A stretch of 64,000 nucleotides of DNA, from assembly GCF_009914755.1 (NCBI RefSeq), contig NC_060926.1; one strand, given 5' to 3'. This document shows, piece after piece, positions 29,961 through 48,875 of this stretch. The translations under genes were made by a program, and so were the position numbers. Position 1 is the first letter of the stretch. Each line of letters starts with the position of its first letter. Under the pieces are notes generated by a model, which was given only the letters and a program-made list of their open reading frames with translations, did no database searches and was not told the origin of the DNA. The DNA is from the human T2T-CHM13v2.0 reference genome, Homo sapiens.

Positions 29961-30649
29961 CAACACGTGAGGCGGCTTCAGGCTTCGGAGTTGCTGAAGC
30001 TCCGAGTTCGGGATGTGCAGCTGTGGTGGAGCCAGGGGCTGGGCACACCCCTGGCTCCTGGCCTGGCAGCGTCATCATCGGAGTCACCTGTCCCTCATGC
30101 CAGTGGTGCTCTCTGCTGTCATCAAGACCAAACACCACTGTAGGAAGTACCCCCACTCCCGCCTCCAACCCCCACAGGGCCTGCCAGGTCTGCCCCCAGT
30201 GGGCCCCCTGGTGCATCTGGGCCACCCAGGGCCAGCCTCAGCAGGGGCACTCGCGGGGCTGCGCCTGCGGCTTCCCTTACTCCAGTCTGGAATGTTGTAC
30301 ACACGGATGAGCCAGCAGCTCACGCCCACGACTGCTGGGGTCTCCGGACTCCCTCATCAGCCTCCTGCTGTGCTGTGTACAAATCCTCCTCCTGCATGAG
30401 GCCCCGCTGTGTAACTCAGCAGGGGAGAATGGGAGGAGCCAAGGGAATCCGTGCTTTAGGACCAACACCAATACTCATGGTGGGACGACGCTGCGATATT
30501 TGAAGTTGGGAGTGTGCAAGAAATGTTACTCGGTTGTTCACGAATGCATTCATTTATTCAATGAACTTCGCGTCAGCCACTGGCTGTCATCAGTTACCGA
30601 CCTGATTGAGGGCTTCATGGAAGGGATTTGGAGGAGCATTCATCTAAAA

Positions 30650-31760
30650 CCACAGCACGCTGCGACGCTCAGCCCTGCAGTGGGCCCTCACCAGTCCCCG
30701 CGCCTCCGAATCCACCCTCCCGGGGCTGCTCGTGGCTAGCGGGGGGCACCTGCGGGGACCAAGCCAGCCCGGCCGAGGCCCGGGTCCCGCCCGCCACGGC
30801 CCTCGGGGCCCCGCCCGCATCTGGCAGAAGCCACGCCCCGTCCGTGTGGGTGGGGACGGCCCGCCGGACCGAAATTCCCAGACTGCTGCCTCAGGCACCC
30901 GGCTTTCCGACTCCTTGGCTTCTTATGTGAGGAAACCACAGCGCGGCCGGCATCCAGAGAGTCGGTTAGTCGCGAAGTTCCCGCCGGACGAAGGGACCAG
31001 CCAGCGCCCTGCTAGACAGCGAGGCCGGAAGCGGAGGCGTGGCCCCTGCGCGGCCCCGGAAACCAGTGAGGCCGGCGCGCGCCCGCCGGAAGCCGCGACC
31101 CCGACGCGCCCCCCATTGCCCTCGGCGCCGGAAGTGGTCGCGGGTCGTTCTGCTTCCTGCCCGAGGGGCGTGCGCGGGTCAGGGGCGGCCGCGGAGGCGG
31201 AAGCATCCATGGCGGAGGGCGGCAGCCCAGACGGGCGGGCAGGGCCGGGCTCCGCAGGTAACGTGCGCGCGGCCACTGGGCCGCGGGGCGTGTGGGGATG
31301 GCGAAGGGCTGGCTCCGGCGTCCCTGCCGAGGTCCTGCGTCCTCGTCCCGGGCTGGCCGGGTCCACGGGGCAGCCAGGGAGCCGCACCCTGCAGGCCGGG
31401 GGTGGGGTTCAGCGCGGCTCGCAGTGCTGGGCGACCCCACCACGGACGCGCTGCCCTCTCCTCGGCCTCGAGTGCAGTCCCCGCGCTAGATTTTCTTTCC
31501 GGTGGAACTTGCTCGTAACTTCCTTCCCGTTAGCCGATACAAATTTGATATGACCCAACCGCAAAAGTAGGACGTGGGCCACCTTCCAGCTCTGAGCGCA
31601 CGGATCAGGAAAGCCAGCCAGAGGGTAGCCCTAGGGAGGGCAGGCACTTTTTCACCATTCTGCCGCCCACGGCGTGTCCGGTGGTACAGCGGGGGCAGCC
31701 TTCCCACCCACCACAGGCACAGACCAGGGACAACGGGGACGCCGTCTCCAGCGAGCTCGT
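30650..31760. promoter_or_regulatory. ASB1: CpG-island promoter of ASB1 with clustered ETS (CCGGAA) motifs
   Basis: High GC and CpG density; CCGGAAGC ~31025 and ~31086, CCGGAAAC ~31056, CCGGAAGT ~31127; no TATA box. Confidence 0.9.
31209..31257 (+). CDS. ASB1: ASB1 coding exon 1
   Basis: ATG at 31209, MAEGGSPDGRAGPGSA(G); CAG|GTAACG donor; 49 nt. Confidence 0.95.
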
Positions 31761-32434
31761 CAGTGACACAACATGTCCAGGGGCCTTTGGCCCACCAGCA
31801 AGGGAGGCAGATAGAAAGGCTCACACCCACCTTCCAAAATAACTGTCCTACTTAGGGTCTCCACCTTGCAGTGTCCCTACCATGCAGATGTGAAGGAAGC
31901 GGTCAGGACAGGTTCCCGTTTCCCGGTGGTGTGGTGGGAGTTCCCTCTTGCTGGATTTCTGAGCTTGCCATTCGCGCCAATAGTTTCATGTGTTCTGGGC
32001 TTTCTTTACATGCCTATATTTGTCTTTGGAGGGGTTCCTCTCCTACTTAGTAATAAACCAATACATTTCTTAAACATCTTAAAAGATTGACTTGGAGACT
32101 GGTGCAGATAGGCTTTTCCATCCATCCCTCCCTCTGCACCTCCTTCCAATCATTTAACAGACTTGTATTGAAGACCTGCTGTTGGCTAGACCCAGCAGAG
32201 GATACTGCAGTGACCAGAAAAAGCCAGACAAAGCATCTACCATCCTGGGCTTTGGTTGGCGTTGACTTTGACTTCAGAGACAGCCAGGACCTTAGGGTCT
32301 AGGATGTCATCTCATGTGAGAGTGAGAGACGGAATGATGCGTGTTCCGTGGGAAAAAGAGGACCAACAGCTACTTCCCAGTATAAAGAGAGTTCCTGGGG
32401 AATAAACACTGGCTTTGTCGGCTGCACAGGTCTC

Positions 32435-32733
<299 letters not shown>

Positions 32734-33636
32734 GAGGGCTCCTTTTTATATCCTCATGCACTGCTGTTTTGTTATTCAGTGTGTTTCGGCCTCGGGTAGA
32801 GGGGCAACAGATTTTCAGTTGAAGCTTAAGTGCTATCCTGGGGCAGTTGTGTTGTCATTGGAGTAGTTGATCAGCGAAACACAAACTTGAAGTTGCTTTT
32901 GAATCTGGAGCTGGGGAAAGATTCTGAGTCTACTTTGAGCAGGGCCAGGAATGGATAGCACAGAGGCCAGCAGAGGGGGCCCAGAAGAGGGCTCAGCAAA
33001 AGTCCTGTGGCCGCCATTTACCTGTTGGTTATTGCCCTACACCTGAATCTTTCCCACTCCGACTTTGAACTTTTTCACTCTGTAGTAACCGCAACTGTGG
33101 AGTAATTACAGGGGAGGATAGTTACTGAAGGAAGACTGGGGTGGTGGCTTAAAGAGCTGTTCATGCCGGCTTGTTGATCTGCGGCGGGTCTGGTTGTGGG
33201 ATCAGCATGAGCAACTCAATGGACTGTCAAACCCTGCAGAGCCGGGACACTTACTCATCACCCCCGTTTCACCTGTGGTTGAGTCTCATGTACAGTAGTA
33301 CTGAAAAGAGATTAATTTTAATATAAAAAACAATGTCAGCATCTGGAAAGAGCCCCCTTATGGAGGGGGTGCTTTATACCTGCCTGTCTGGTCTCACACT
33401 AGGACAGCATGGCAGAGCAGGGACTTGAATCCAAGTGGTCTGAGTTTTTGCTCTTTACTTACACACGAATCTGTGTAACTATTTTTACAAAACTCTTAAA
33501 TCTTCAGGAGTTTATTTTGGGTTATGATGTGAGGTGAATAACTCAATTATTTCCTAATAAGTATCTGATTGTACAAATGCTGTTTGTTGAATACTCTTTT
33601 CCATTCTCGCTGATTGTGATGCCGGTTTATCACATT

Positions 33637-36228
<2,592 letters not shown>

Positions 36229-36871
36229 TATTAGGTTGTTTATACTGAGATCTTTCTGGGCAGCTGATGGTTTGATTTTCTTTTTTATTCTGATGAGTGT
36301 TCTGTTACCTAGTAGGGTAGGTCTTTTCTCTGTACACTTACTAAAAACCAAAAAAGTTCTTCTCCCTTATATTTTAAAATAAACTTTAGAATATTTTTTG
36401 TGACATCTGATAACAAAATCCCAAAGAAATGGGTCGCGCTTTATTTAAAATTCCTTGATTATTGAATCTTTTAATCCAAGTACTTGGTGTTTTTTCTGCT
36501 TATTCTGTTCTTTTGTGTTGTTTTTGAGTTTTATAGTCTTCATTAAATGGGCTGGATTTATATTTATGTACATGTGTTTTTAACCTTCGTTTTTATTGAG
36601 GTGGGACTTCTCTATGGTCAAGTGCACCTGTCTGAGGAGTTTCTTAGGCAGGCCTCCCTGTGGCCGTTGCCCAGGGCAGCGTGGTAGGGAGTCACCCGTG
36701 TAGCAGATAGCAGCATTTGCTCAGCCGTTGGATTTTGCCGTATGTCTTTTTTGTAGTGAAGGAGATGACTATGTTCTCCTTCATAGTTGCCCAGTATTAA
36801 GATATTCCCAAATACCAGTACTAAGATATTTGCTAGATTCTTTGATACAATATTGATTCAATCTGCTGATA

Positions 36872-37180
36872 TTTTCTTTTTTCTTTTTCTTTTTTTTTTT
36901 GAGACCGAGTCTCACTCAGTCGCCAGGCTCTGGAGTGCAGTGGCGCGATCTTGGCTTACTGCAACATCTGCCTCTGGGTCCAAGCAATTCTCCTGCCTCA
37001 GCCTCCTGAGTAGCTGGGACTACAGGTGCGCGGCACCACGCCCAGCTAATTTTTTGTATTTTCAGTAGAGATGGGGTTTCACCATGTTGGCCAGGATGGT
37101 TTTGATCTCTTGACCTCGTGATCTGCCCGCCTCGGCCTCTCAAAGTTCTGGGATTACAGGCGTGAGCCACCTCACCTGGC
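36872..37180 (-). mobile_element. AluS
   Basis: Antisense Alu consensus; flanking TCAATCTGCT.AT.TTTTCT. Confidence 0.92.
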
Positions 37181-37435
37181 TCAATCTGCTAATTTTTTCT
37201 TTAGGATCTTGCATCCGTATTCTTCAGGTTTGCCTTATCAGTGGATTCTTTGACACAATATTGATTCAATCTGCTGATATTTTCTTTAGGATCTTGTTTC
37301 TTTATTCTTCAGTAGGTTTGGCTTATAGTTCCTGGGCCCCATCAACTTTTAAAAAATTATTCTTGTCAGCGTTGGTGTCAGGAGTGTGCTAATTTAATAA
37401 GGGAAGGTTTCTACTATTTTCTGTGATTTATTTCT

Positions 37436-37555
37436 TTTGTTTTTACAGACAGGGTCTTGCTGTGTTGCCCAGGCTGATCTTGAACTCCTGGCCTCAAGTG
37501 ATCCTGCCTCAGCCTCCTGAGTAGCTGGGATTACAGGCGTGCCACCATGCCCAGC
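37436..37555 (-). mobile_element. Free Alu monomer (FLAM/FAM-like); TSD TGTGATTTATTTCTT
   Basis: Single arm with identical 15-mer flanks. Confidence 0.85.
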
Positions 37556-37689
37556 TTGTGATTTATTTCTTGAGCATTTGAAGGTGCCCCGTAGCTGGGA
37601 GAGGGAAGGCTCGCTGCAGATGGCACCCCCTTTTGGTTAGTCTTGGCAGGGCCTCCATGAGCTAACAGGAGCCCCTCTCTTCAGTGCAG

Positions 37690-37831
37690 GTCGTAATCTG
37701 AAGGAGTGGCTGAGGGAGCAATTTTGTGATCATCCGCTGGAGCACTGTGAGGACACGAGGCTCCATGATGCAGCTTACGTCGGGGACCTCCAGACCCTCA
37801 GGAGCCTATTGCAAGAGGAGAGCTACCGGAG
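37690..37831 (+). CDS. ASB1: ASB1 coding exon 2
   Basis: tgcag acceptor; (G)RNLKEWLREQFCDHPLEHCEDTRLHDAAYVGDLQTLRSLLQEESYR; AG|GTGAGC donor; 142 nt. Confidence 0.95.
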
Positions 37832-39846
37832 GTGAGCGGCGCTGCCCAGGGCTGGTCCGGGTACTAGGGCCCTGAAGGTCTGTGTGAAGCTGAGCCCCAC
37901 AGTCGCTGTGCAGATGAAGACCTTGATGTTGGGAGGAATGTGTTCCAGTTTTAGAGGACGGGGATAAAGGAGACTGAGGCAGCATGGTCAGAGTTGTAGG
38001 AGACAGCCAGACAGTGTGGGCAGGGAGACCTGAGTTCAGGTCCTGCTCTGCCATTAACCTTAGTGTTTTCTGGCAACTTCTGGCCTTCTGTGGGCCTCAG
38101 CCTCCTGATGTCACTCCTGAAGGTACCACTGTTTCCCTCTTCAGTGGCGGCCCTGCCCCATCTTGGGTTTCTCGTGGCTCTTAATTGCAGGCGCTTCTGT
38201 ACATTCACCCTGCTTCACCACCTTCCCTAGTGCCCTTTCCTCTAGCTTCTCAGGCCCTCAGTCATCTGCCCCCGGGACCTGGGCCTCAGCCTTAGGCCCT
38301 TTTACCTCATCAGCCTTCTCCTTTCTGTTCCCCTCATCAGTGGTCCCCTGTCCTGGCCTTGCCAAACTCTGCCTGTCCCCACAAAATGGCTCCAGCCCTT
38401 CCTTCGCAGCAAGTGATGCTTGCCCTTCCCTCTCCCTGCTCAGGACACCTGGGGGAGCAGAGTCTGCTTGCTCTCTGGACTGTTCTCTGATTGTTCTGCG
38501 GGTCTAAGGTTGCAGTCCCAGCTAGAGCTTAAACTCAGCAGCAGCCAGGAACTATCCATGCTGCTGTTGTGTTTCCGCGTTCCCTTCAGGACCCAAATGC
38601 CAGTGCGGTGGTAGAAGCAATGCCTACATGTTGGTGCCGAAACTAATGCCACAACTTTTCTTTGCATAGTTCCCAAGAAAAGGATTTCTAACAGTACAGG
38701 AATGTATTTCTTCATTTCCTTCTAGTGTCTTAGCAGTATTTCATCAAAACAGATATCAGTATTTAAAAGAAAAATACCAGAAAGGACTGTCATAGGAAGA
38801 CAGATGGATTACGCACAGATATTTAAAGTGGGTGACTCAAGCCCAAAGAAAACCTTAATTCAACTTGCAGATGTAACAGAATGAAATAGAGTTCGGTGAG
38901 GTCTCAGCCCAAGTCTTTCTATATTGCATTTCCCAGCACTGTTTCTCCTCCTTCTTTTACTCAGGCTCAGGGCATCTCTGGTTCTTTACATTTTCCCATT
39001 GCTATTTGCTTCTTTGGTGATGAGTTCCTGGAGTGTTCCTCGACTTTCCTGGGCAGTCAGAGCCTAGGCGCAGCTGGCGGAGGAGCCCCGAGGGCTGGCT
39101 TGGGAGCTGCTTCCCCTGCATGTTCCTGGGCCCTGGTTTGGTGCTCTGGGCCTCTGAGCTTTGTTCTCAGTGACACTGGGAGCTCGCTGTGAACCCGTTG
39201 CGGTCGCTGCCTTGCTGGGTCGGTGGGTGGGGCAGGCAGTTGCAGTCTGATTGTGACATCTGCCGAGAGCTGAGTCTGGACAGGTTCCTCTGCCGCTCTT
39301 GGCCAGGGGTGTAGCCCCCGTGCCACCTTAGTGATTCCTTCAGGCCATCATTTGTGCAGTGTTAGAGGTTGGGGGCCTACATAGTCACCTAGTCCTGGTG
39401 AGGATGCTGAGGCCTAGAGAGGCCCAGCCTCAAGCCTTCACAGATGGTAACTGGGGAAGAGCAGCCTAGGGGCTCTTACCCAGACTCCCGGGCGAGTGCG
39501 CTGTTCATTTGGCACTGCCTCCCAGGCAGACCCTTCCCACCTTTGTAGAGGAAGGCACTTCAGACGGCAGTCAGGAAATCTAAGAACTAGAGATCTTAGT
39601 TTTGGTGCTGATCATTCTGCAGGTGCCTTGAGTTTCCTGTCTCTGGAATGGGGCTCGTAATGCCTGCCCTGCCATGCCCCGGTCCCGCAGGGGAAAGGTG
39701 TGAGAGCATTTCAGAAGGCAGAGCCCAGGTGGAGGCGTTATTAACCAGAGGGGGACCGTGTCCATGCTGCCAGGGTGAGGGGGGCAGTGCAGCCCGTCCC
39801 TGTCCTGCGGCTGCCTCTCATGAGCCCCCTTGTGTTCCTCCTGCAG

Positions 39847-40149
39847 CCGCATCAACGAGAAGTCTGTCTGGTGCTGTGGCTGGCTCCCCTGCACACCGTT
39901 GCGAATCGCGGCCACTGCAGGCCATGGGAGCTGTGTGGACTTCCTCATCCGGAAGGGGGCCGAGGTGGATCTGGTGGACGTAAAAGGACAGACGGCCCTG
40001 TATGTGGCTGTGGTGAACGGGCACCTAGAGAGTACCCAGATCCTTCTCGAAGCTGGCGCGGACCCCAACGGAAGCCGGCACCATCGCAGCACCCCTGTCT
40101 ACCACGCCTCTCGCGTGGGCCGGGCAGACATCCTGAAGGCCCTCATCAG
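39847..40149 (+). CDS. ASB1: ASB1 coding exon 3 (ankyrin repeats); GC donor
   Basis: cctgcag acceptor; TPLRIAATAGH, TALYVAVVNGH and TPVYHASRVGR ankyrin motifs; 303 nt; frame continuity with exon 4 requires the donor CAG|GCCAGT. Confidence 0.93.
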
Positions 40150-40639
40150 GCCAGTACTGTGGAGCTCGCCTGGCTCCTGCAGCCACTTTATTTTTCTTCT
40201 CTGTATTTTGCAGTTTTTCTGTCTTTAGAATTCGGCTCTTTAGATGACTCGCCTGTTTTGCTGGCCTTTGTAAAGAGCTGCCTCTTGGCTTTATCAGGTC
40301 TCTTTGTTTTTTGGCTTACCTGTTCCTTTATATTTACTTTTATCTTTTTCTAATTTTTAGTTTTTTTTCCCTTTTGAGTTGACTGCTTATTCATTTTTTC
40401 TTAAGAATGCAAACTTGCAACGTTAATTTACCTTTTACTATAGTTTTGACCATCCTCTCTAGGCTTTTTCCTTATTATTTAAATAGCTCTAATTGAAGTT
40501 GATTTCCTCTTTGTTCTTAGAGTTATGGAAGATAAGGTTTTAATAATGCTTTTTGTTGTATTATGCTCAGATAATATGGACCAGATAGTTTTCATTTTGG
40601 GGATTCTTTGACGTAAAAAAATTATTATTATTATTATTT

Positions 40640-40800
40640 TTGTTTAGTTTTTGAGGTGGGGTCTTACTTTGTTGCCCAGGCTTGAGTGCTGTGGCGTGAT
40701 CATAGCTCACTGCAGCCTCAAACTCCTGGGCTCAAGTGACCCTCCTGCCTTAGCCTCCTTAGTAGCTGACACTACAGGTGTGCACCACAATGCTGGCTTC
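40640..40800 (-). mobile_element. Alu right-arm fragment (AluJ/FRAM-like)
   Basis: Antisense Alu arm. Confidence 0.8.
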
Positions 40801-41291
40801 TTCTTATTTTTTAATGTCAGACTACATTGTTGTGAATGCTTGAAACAAGTACATGACCATGGGTGTTTTGTTTACATATTATACTTTGATAGGTTAGCAC
40901 TCTCTCTCTCTCTTTTTTTTTTTTACATTTTTGTCATTGGATCTGCCAGAAATTTAAAGAATTCTGTTAGTCTCTGATCACATTTTTGATTTTGCCATTT
41001 TTTCCCCTTGTACTTTGAATAGGTTTTGCTTTGAAAATTTTGATGCTAATTGAGCTCATAAAAGTTCCTGCTTACATATTATGCTCTATCAAAACAAGAG
41101 TACTATTAGATTTATTTAAGGCCCATTTACATGGCATTATGTAATATTTAGTTTTAACCCTAGGGAGTTTCAGTAGTTCTGTTTGTGCTTGTGTAGAACC
41201 ATTTGTCTAGGAGTTTTTGCTTTTTAATACAGTGAACATTATTGCTATAGCTGATGTTGGGGTCTGTTTCTGTTATCTTTCTGTTTTGTAA

Positions 41292-41667
<376 letters not shown>

Positions 41668-42277
41668 TACAGTCTTATTTTAATCATACTAATGGTTGCC
41701 TTTTTTTTTTTTCTTTTTCAACCAGATTGTTTTTATTTTTCATGTTTCTAGTGACTTCTTTCCAGCAAAGATGCTTTTTTCCCTCTTTTACTCTGGAGAC
41801 CAAATTGCTCTGCATTTGGACAGGGTGCAGTTTAGGTAGCTGGTTCTCAGGGAAATTTTTCTGTATTGAAAAGGATTAGGTAAGGGTTCTGTTGTTATAG
41901 GCTGCAGCCAGGGTGGCTCTGATGAGCAGGGACCTGGGATTCCCTTTACCCAGCACAGAATATGGTCTTTAAATTAGGTACTGAGAATATGTTTTTCCTG
42001 TTGAAGGGTTTTATAAATTAAATAGCTACACAATTGGCTTTTGGGAGGCTAAAGAAATGAGAGTGGTAAGGTTGTTATGTTAGAGGGTGATAAAGCTGCA
42101 AGGCTTTTTCCCTCTTTTTAAGGATTTCTAACCTGATTGTCTAAGCTACTTCAGTCCCTTGTCTTTGCACCTTGGAGAATGTAAGCTATTAATTTGGAAA
42201 TGCTTTTGAGTAGGATCAATCAGTGAAATTCCATGTTGGTTCCAGAAAGCCCTTTGGGTATTTCAGTCAATTCATGA

Positions 42278-42646
<369 letters not shown>

Positions 42647-42659
42647 ACAGATGCCCTTC

Positions 42660-43260
42660 TTGCGAAAACGTTACTAAGACATCTTACTCCCTCACTGGAG
42701 CACGGGACATTACTTTCACAAGGTGGTACCAAGAACATATATTATTCTATTAAAAAGTTTTCTATATTCTAAATTCTAAGATAATTGACACTTGGATAGT
42801 AGAGTGATACGGTTAAGTTACTGAACAGTGATGTTTTCTGGAAATAACTTAGCTTCTGCCTTCCCTGTGCCAGTTCCCCCTTAGGGCTCTCATCTTTCAC
42901 TGTTGCAATTTTCTGTCCCTCTGTAAGTCACCTCCATTTTGTTATTTGTAAATTCACTTGATATGTATTGCCCATATTTTAGAAAAAAGGTACAGAGTGG
43001 TATTTCTGTATGTGCAAAAGTTATATTGATTTATTGAGTTCTCCCAGTGGTTCCTTGCCAGTGATATTAAAAGCAATAGAGGAATTTGGAAAATATTCAG
43101 GATTAAAATTAACTGGATCTCATCCAGTATATTTTTATGAGTGGATGAAGGGCTATCTTTCCCACAGCTCAGCTAATACCAGATTGTCATATTGCCCAAA
43201 ATTACAAACGTTTTGGAAGATTTTCCCTAAGAATAAGCAGAAAAAAACCATCACTGCTTG
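42660..43260 (+). mobile_element. Highly decayed LINE (L1-clade) reverse transcriptase fragment
   Basis: With two frameshifts reads ISVCAKVILIY/LSSPSGSLPVILKAIEEFGKYSGLK/INW, equivalent to ISLYADD...SG.KINW of L1 RT. Confidence 0.65.
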
Positions 43261-43370
43261 AGATCTAGTTTTCCTTTGCTTAATTGGTTGGGTGTATGAA
43301 ATGAAATATCAATTTCTTGTTGGCTCTGTGTGTTTTAGAATACTTCCCCTGTCACTCCTAGAATGTCTTT

Positions 43371-43490
43371 GAGAGTGGGTGGTGTTTGTGTTTGTAGTGG
43401 AAGCTTCATTGTCATGTGAGTGTGTTGGTTGGAGAGTGGGTGGTGTTTGTGTTTGTAGTGGAAGCCTCGTTGTCATGTGAGCGTGTTGGT
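43371..43490. repeat. 61-bp tandem duplication (GT-rich)
   Basis: GAGAGTGGGTGGTGTTTGTGTTTGTAGTGGAAGC... at 43371 and 43432. Confidence 0.93.
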
Positions 43491-45283
43491 CCGTGTGCTG
43501 GTCCTCAGGCCTGTGCTTCCTGAAAGCAGCAGTTTTGGTTCCAGGGGAGCGTTTCTCTGGACACTCAGGATGGTGCTGAGGAGACGGTTAGAAAGCGTGG
43601 CTGCTGGCCTTACCTGTTGGCGAGCGCTGTGATTGCGGCATGGAAGGTAACGCAGTTCTGTCCTCCCTGCACCCTGCGTGTTCTGGTCCCGTCATCGCTG
43701 CTCCCCACATATTGTCCTTTCCTATTACAAATGAAATACTTTGGTGGTGACGAATCTTGTGAGACATTGTGGGACTGTGTGGGCTGATGAAAGCTCAAGA
43801 AAACAGGTGCCAACTCTAATGTTGACTCAGATTAGAGTCATGTCATGCGTTTTGGGCAGGAATCGCAAAGGGAGGTTGTGTTCGCATTCCCCTCTTATCA
43901 GGCTGCGTGTGATCGCAGTGTGTCCATTACTGCCGATACTCACTTCCGTTATTTGATTAAGGTGGTGCCTGCCATGTTTCGCTCCCGTAAAGCTATTCCT
44001 TTTCTCTCTGTAAGTAGTATTTTGAGGAGAGGTGCTTTACAACCATGTATATGTCCTGTTCATCTCAGATTTTTAATTTGTTCATTTATTAATTTGTTAG
44101 TATAGACTCATGGTTTCTGATATTATCCAATGAGTTATAATTCATTATTATTGTTACTTATTTTGATATTCGTATTGTCTCAGTTTGTCTACTGAGAGCT
44201 GCTTCAAGCCATCTCTGTCCTTTTAACATGACCTTAGTCATTCTGTGAGCAGCTCCTCACTTTCTCCTGTAACAAGATATTCTCGGCTCATCTTGCACTT
44301 TGACTGCCTCAGTCCTGGAATAAGTCATTTCTCCTAGGAGTCCTGGTTTCTTTTAGTGAAGAATGGTGTGCAGAACCCTATATTTGGACACTAGGAGTGC
44401 CTATTGCTTTTGGGGTATCACTGTTTTCATGCCCTCCTATTGGACCAAGCTAAGGTTGTATGTACATTCCACATTTCTGTTTATATTTCTTTATATACAT
44501 TGACAGGAGTTCACCTGGCTACCTTTAATCCAGGCTCATGCCACAAGGTTCATCCTAGTTTTCTGCCTTTCGCGTTTACTATTCTCCTTTCACCAGTGAG
44601 AAACCCAGTTCCCCTGCCCTCCACATACTGCCTGTGTTGTCCTGTTGTCCCCTGTGTGGCACCAGCCAGCCCCCCTTTTGCTGCCTCTTCCCATACATGG
44701 CTCCTGACCTGTTTGGGCTCTCACCTCTCATGCCAGGTGGCCTTCTCACCTTGTCAGGACTCTGACTCTGAGCCAGGGCCCCCTCATTGACTGATCCCTG
44801 TTCAGAGTGAAAATGATTGGTAGTTTGCACTTGCCCTGGAAGAACCCTAAACGTCTGATAGAGAGCCGTATATTTGGTCATCTCTGAGTACAGTGACAAG
44901 GACAAGTAAAGTAAATGGAGTCATTTAGAGATTGGCTTTGGTGGAGAATGAGGCTTCTAAGTCAGGTGGCTCCTACACCTGCCCTATGTGAGATTTGTTT
45001 CCTCCCATCGGGCTGTCACTGGGGATTAGGAGGGGCGGCCTAGGGGTTACCTCACTCATGGCTGTGTACATGCCCACGTGGAGAGCTGTGTGACGCTGCC
45101 CTGCCGACAAGCTGTGCGTCCTGGCCTGGGGCCTTCCAGGTGAACGTGACGCTGGGAGTGGTCTGTGCTAATCATGGGAGTCTGGATGTTTAGTGTGCCT
45201 GAAAAGAAAGATGTCCTAGTGGGCAGCGCATCATGGCGCCAGCTGGATACCTGATTGAGTTCATGCGTTTCTTTTTGCTTTCA

Positions 45284-45582
45284 ATTTTTTTTTTTTTTTT
45301 TTGAGATGGAGTCTCGCTCTGTTGCCCAGGCTAGAGAAGTGGCATGATCTCAGCTTACTGCAACCTCTGCCCCCTGGGTTCAAGCAATTCTCCTGCTTCA
45401 GTCTCCTGAGTAGCTGAGATTACAGGTGCCCGCCACCACACTTAGTTAATTTTTGTATTTTTAGTAGAGACGGGGTTTTGCCACGTTGGTCAGGCTGGTC
45501 TCGAACTCCTGGCCTCAAGTGATCTGCCTGCCTTGGCCTCCTGAAGCGCTGGGATTACAGGCATGAGCCACCGCGCTTGGCC
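45284..45582 (-). mobile_element. AluSx-like
   Basis: Antisense Alu consensus. Confidence 0.92.
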
Positions 45583-45599
45583 AAGGTATAAATTTTTGG

Positions 45600-48290
<2,691 letters not shown>

Positions 48291-48489
48291 GGGGATTCCA
48301 AGTTCTTTCCTGCTACCTTATCTTGCTGAACGTAGTGAAGCTATCTGATCTGTGGAGTCTCCTACAGCGCCTGGTGTCACTGAATCAAGGCCTTCTGCTC
48401 AGGGTGGCTGTGGGATTTGTTGGATCTGTGGGATCTGTGGGCTGTGGTCAGTCCCCTGCACAGTCTGACTTTCCCTTTCTTCCCTGCAG

Positions 48490-48875
48490 GTACGGGGCTG
48501 ATGTTGACGTCAACCACCACCTGACTCCTGATGTCCAGCCTCGATTCTCCCGGCGGCTCACCTCCTTGGTGGTCTGCCCCTTGTACATCAGCGCAGCCTA
48601 CCACAACCTCCAGTGCTTCCGGCTGCTCCTCCTGGCTGGCGCGAACCCTGACTTCAACTGCAATGGTCCTGTCAACACACAGGGATTCTACAGGGGCTCC
48701 CCTGGGTGCGTCATGGATGCTGTTCTGCGCCACGGCTGTGAGGCAGCCTTCGTGAGCCTGCTGGTAGAATTTGGAGCCAACCTGAATCTAGTGAAGTGGG
48801 AATCGCTGGGCCCAGAGTCGAGAGGAAGAAGAAAAGTGGACCCTGAGGCCTTGCAGGTCTTTAAAGAGGCCAGAA
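48490..48875 (+). CDS. ASB1: ASB1 coding exon 4 (ankyrin repeats)
   Basis: Polypyrimidine-ctgcag acceptor; YGADVDVN...CPLYISAAYHN...VFKEAR; AA|GTAAGT donor; 386 nt. Confidence 0.96.

Noticed and set aside
30732-31553. 273-aa ORF as a separate gene
   Set aside because: CpG-island GC bias; it overlaps ASB1 exon 1 in frame and runs into intron 1
48484-48495. CAG|GT at ASB1 exon 2, 4 and 5 starts as recursive splice sites
   Set aside because: AG|GT is the ordinary acceptor consensus, the reconstituted donors are weak and the introns are short
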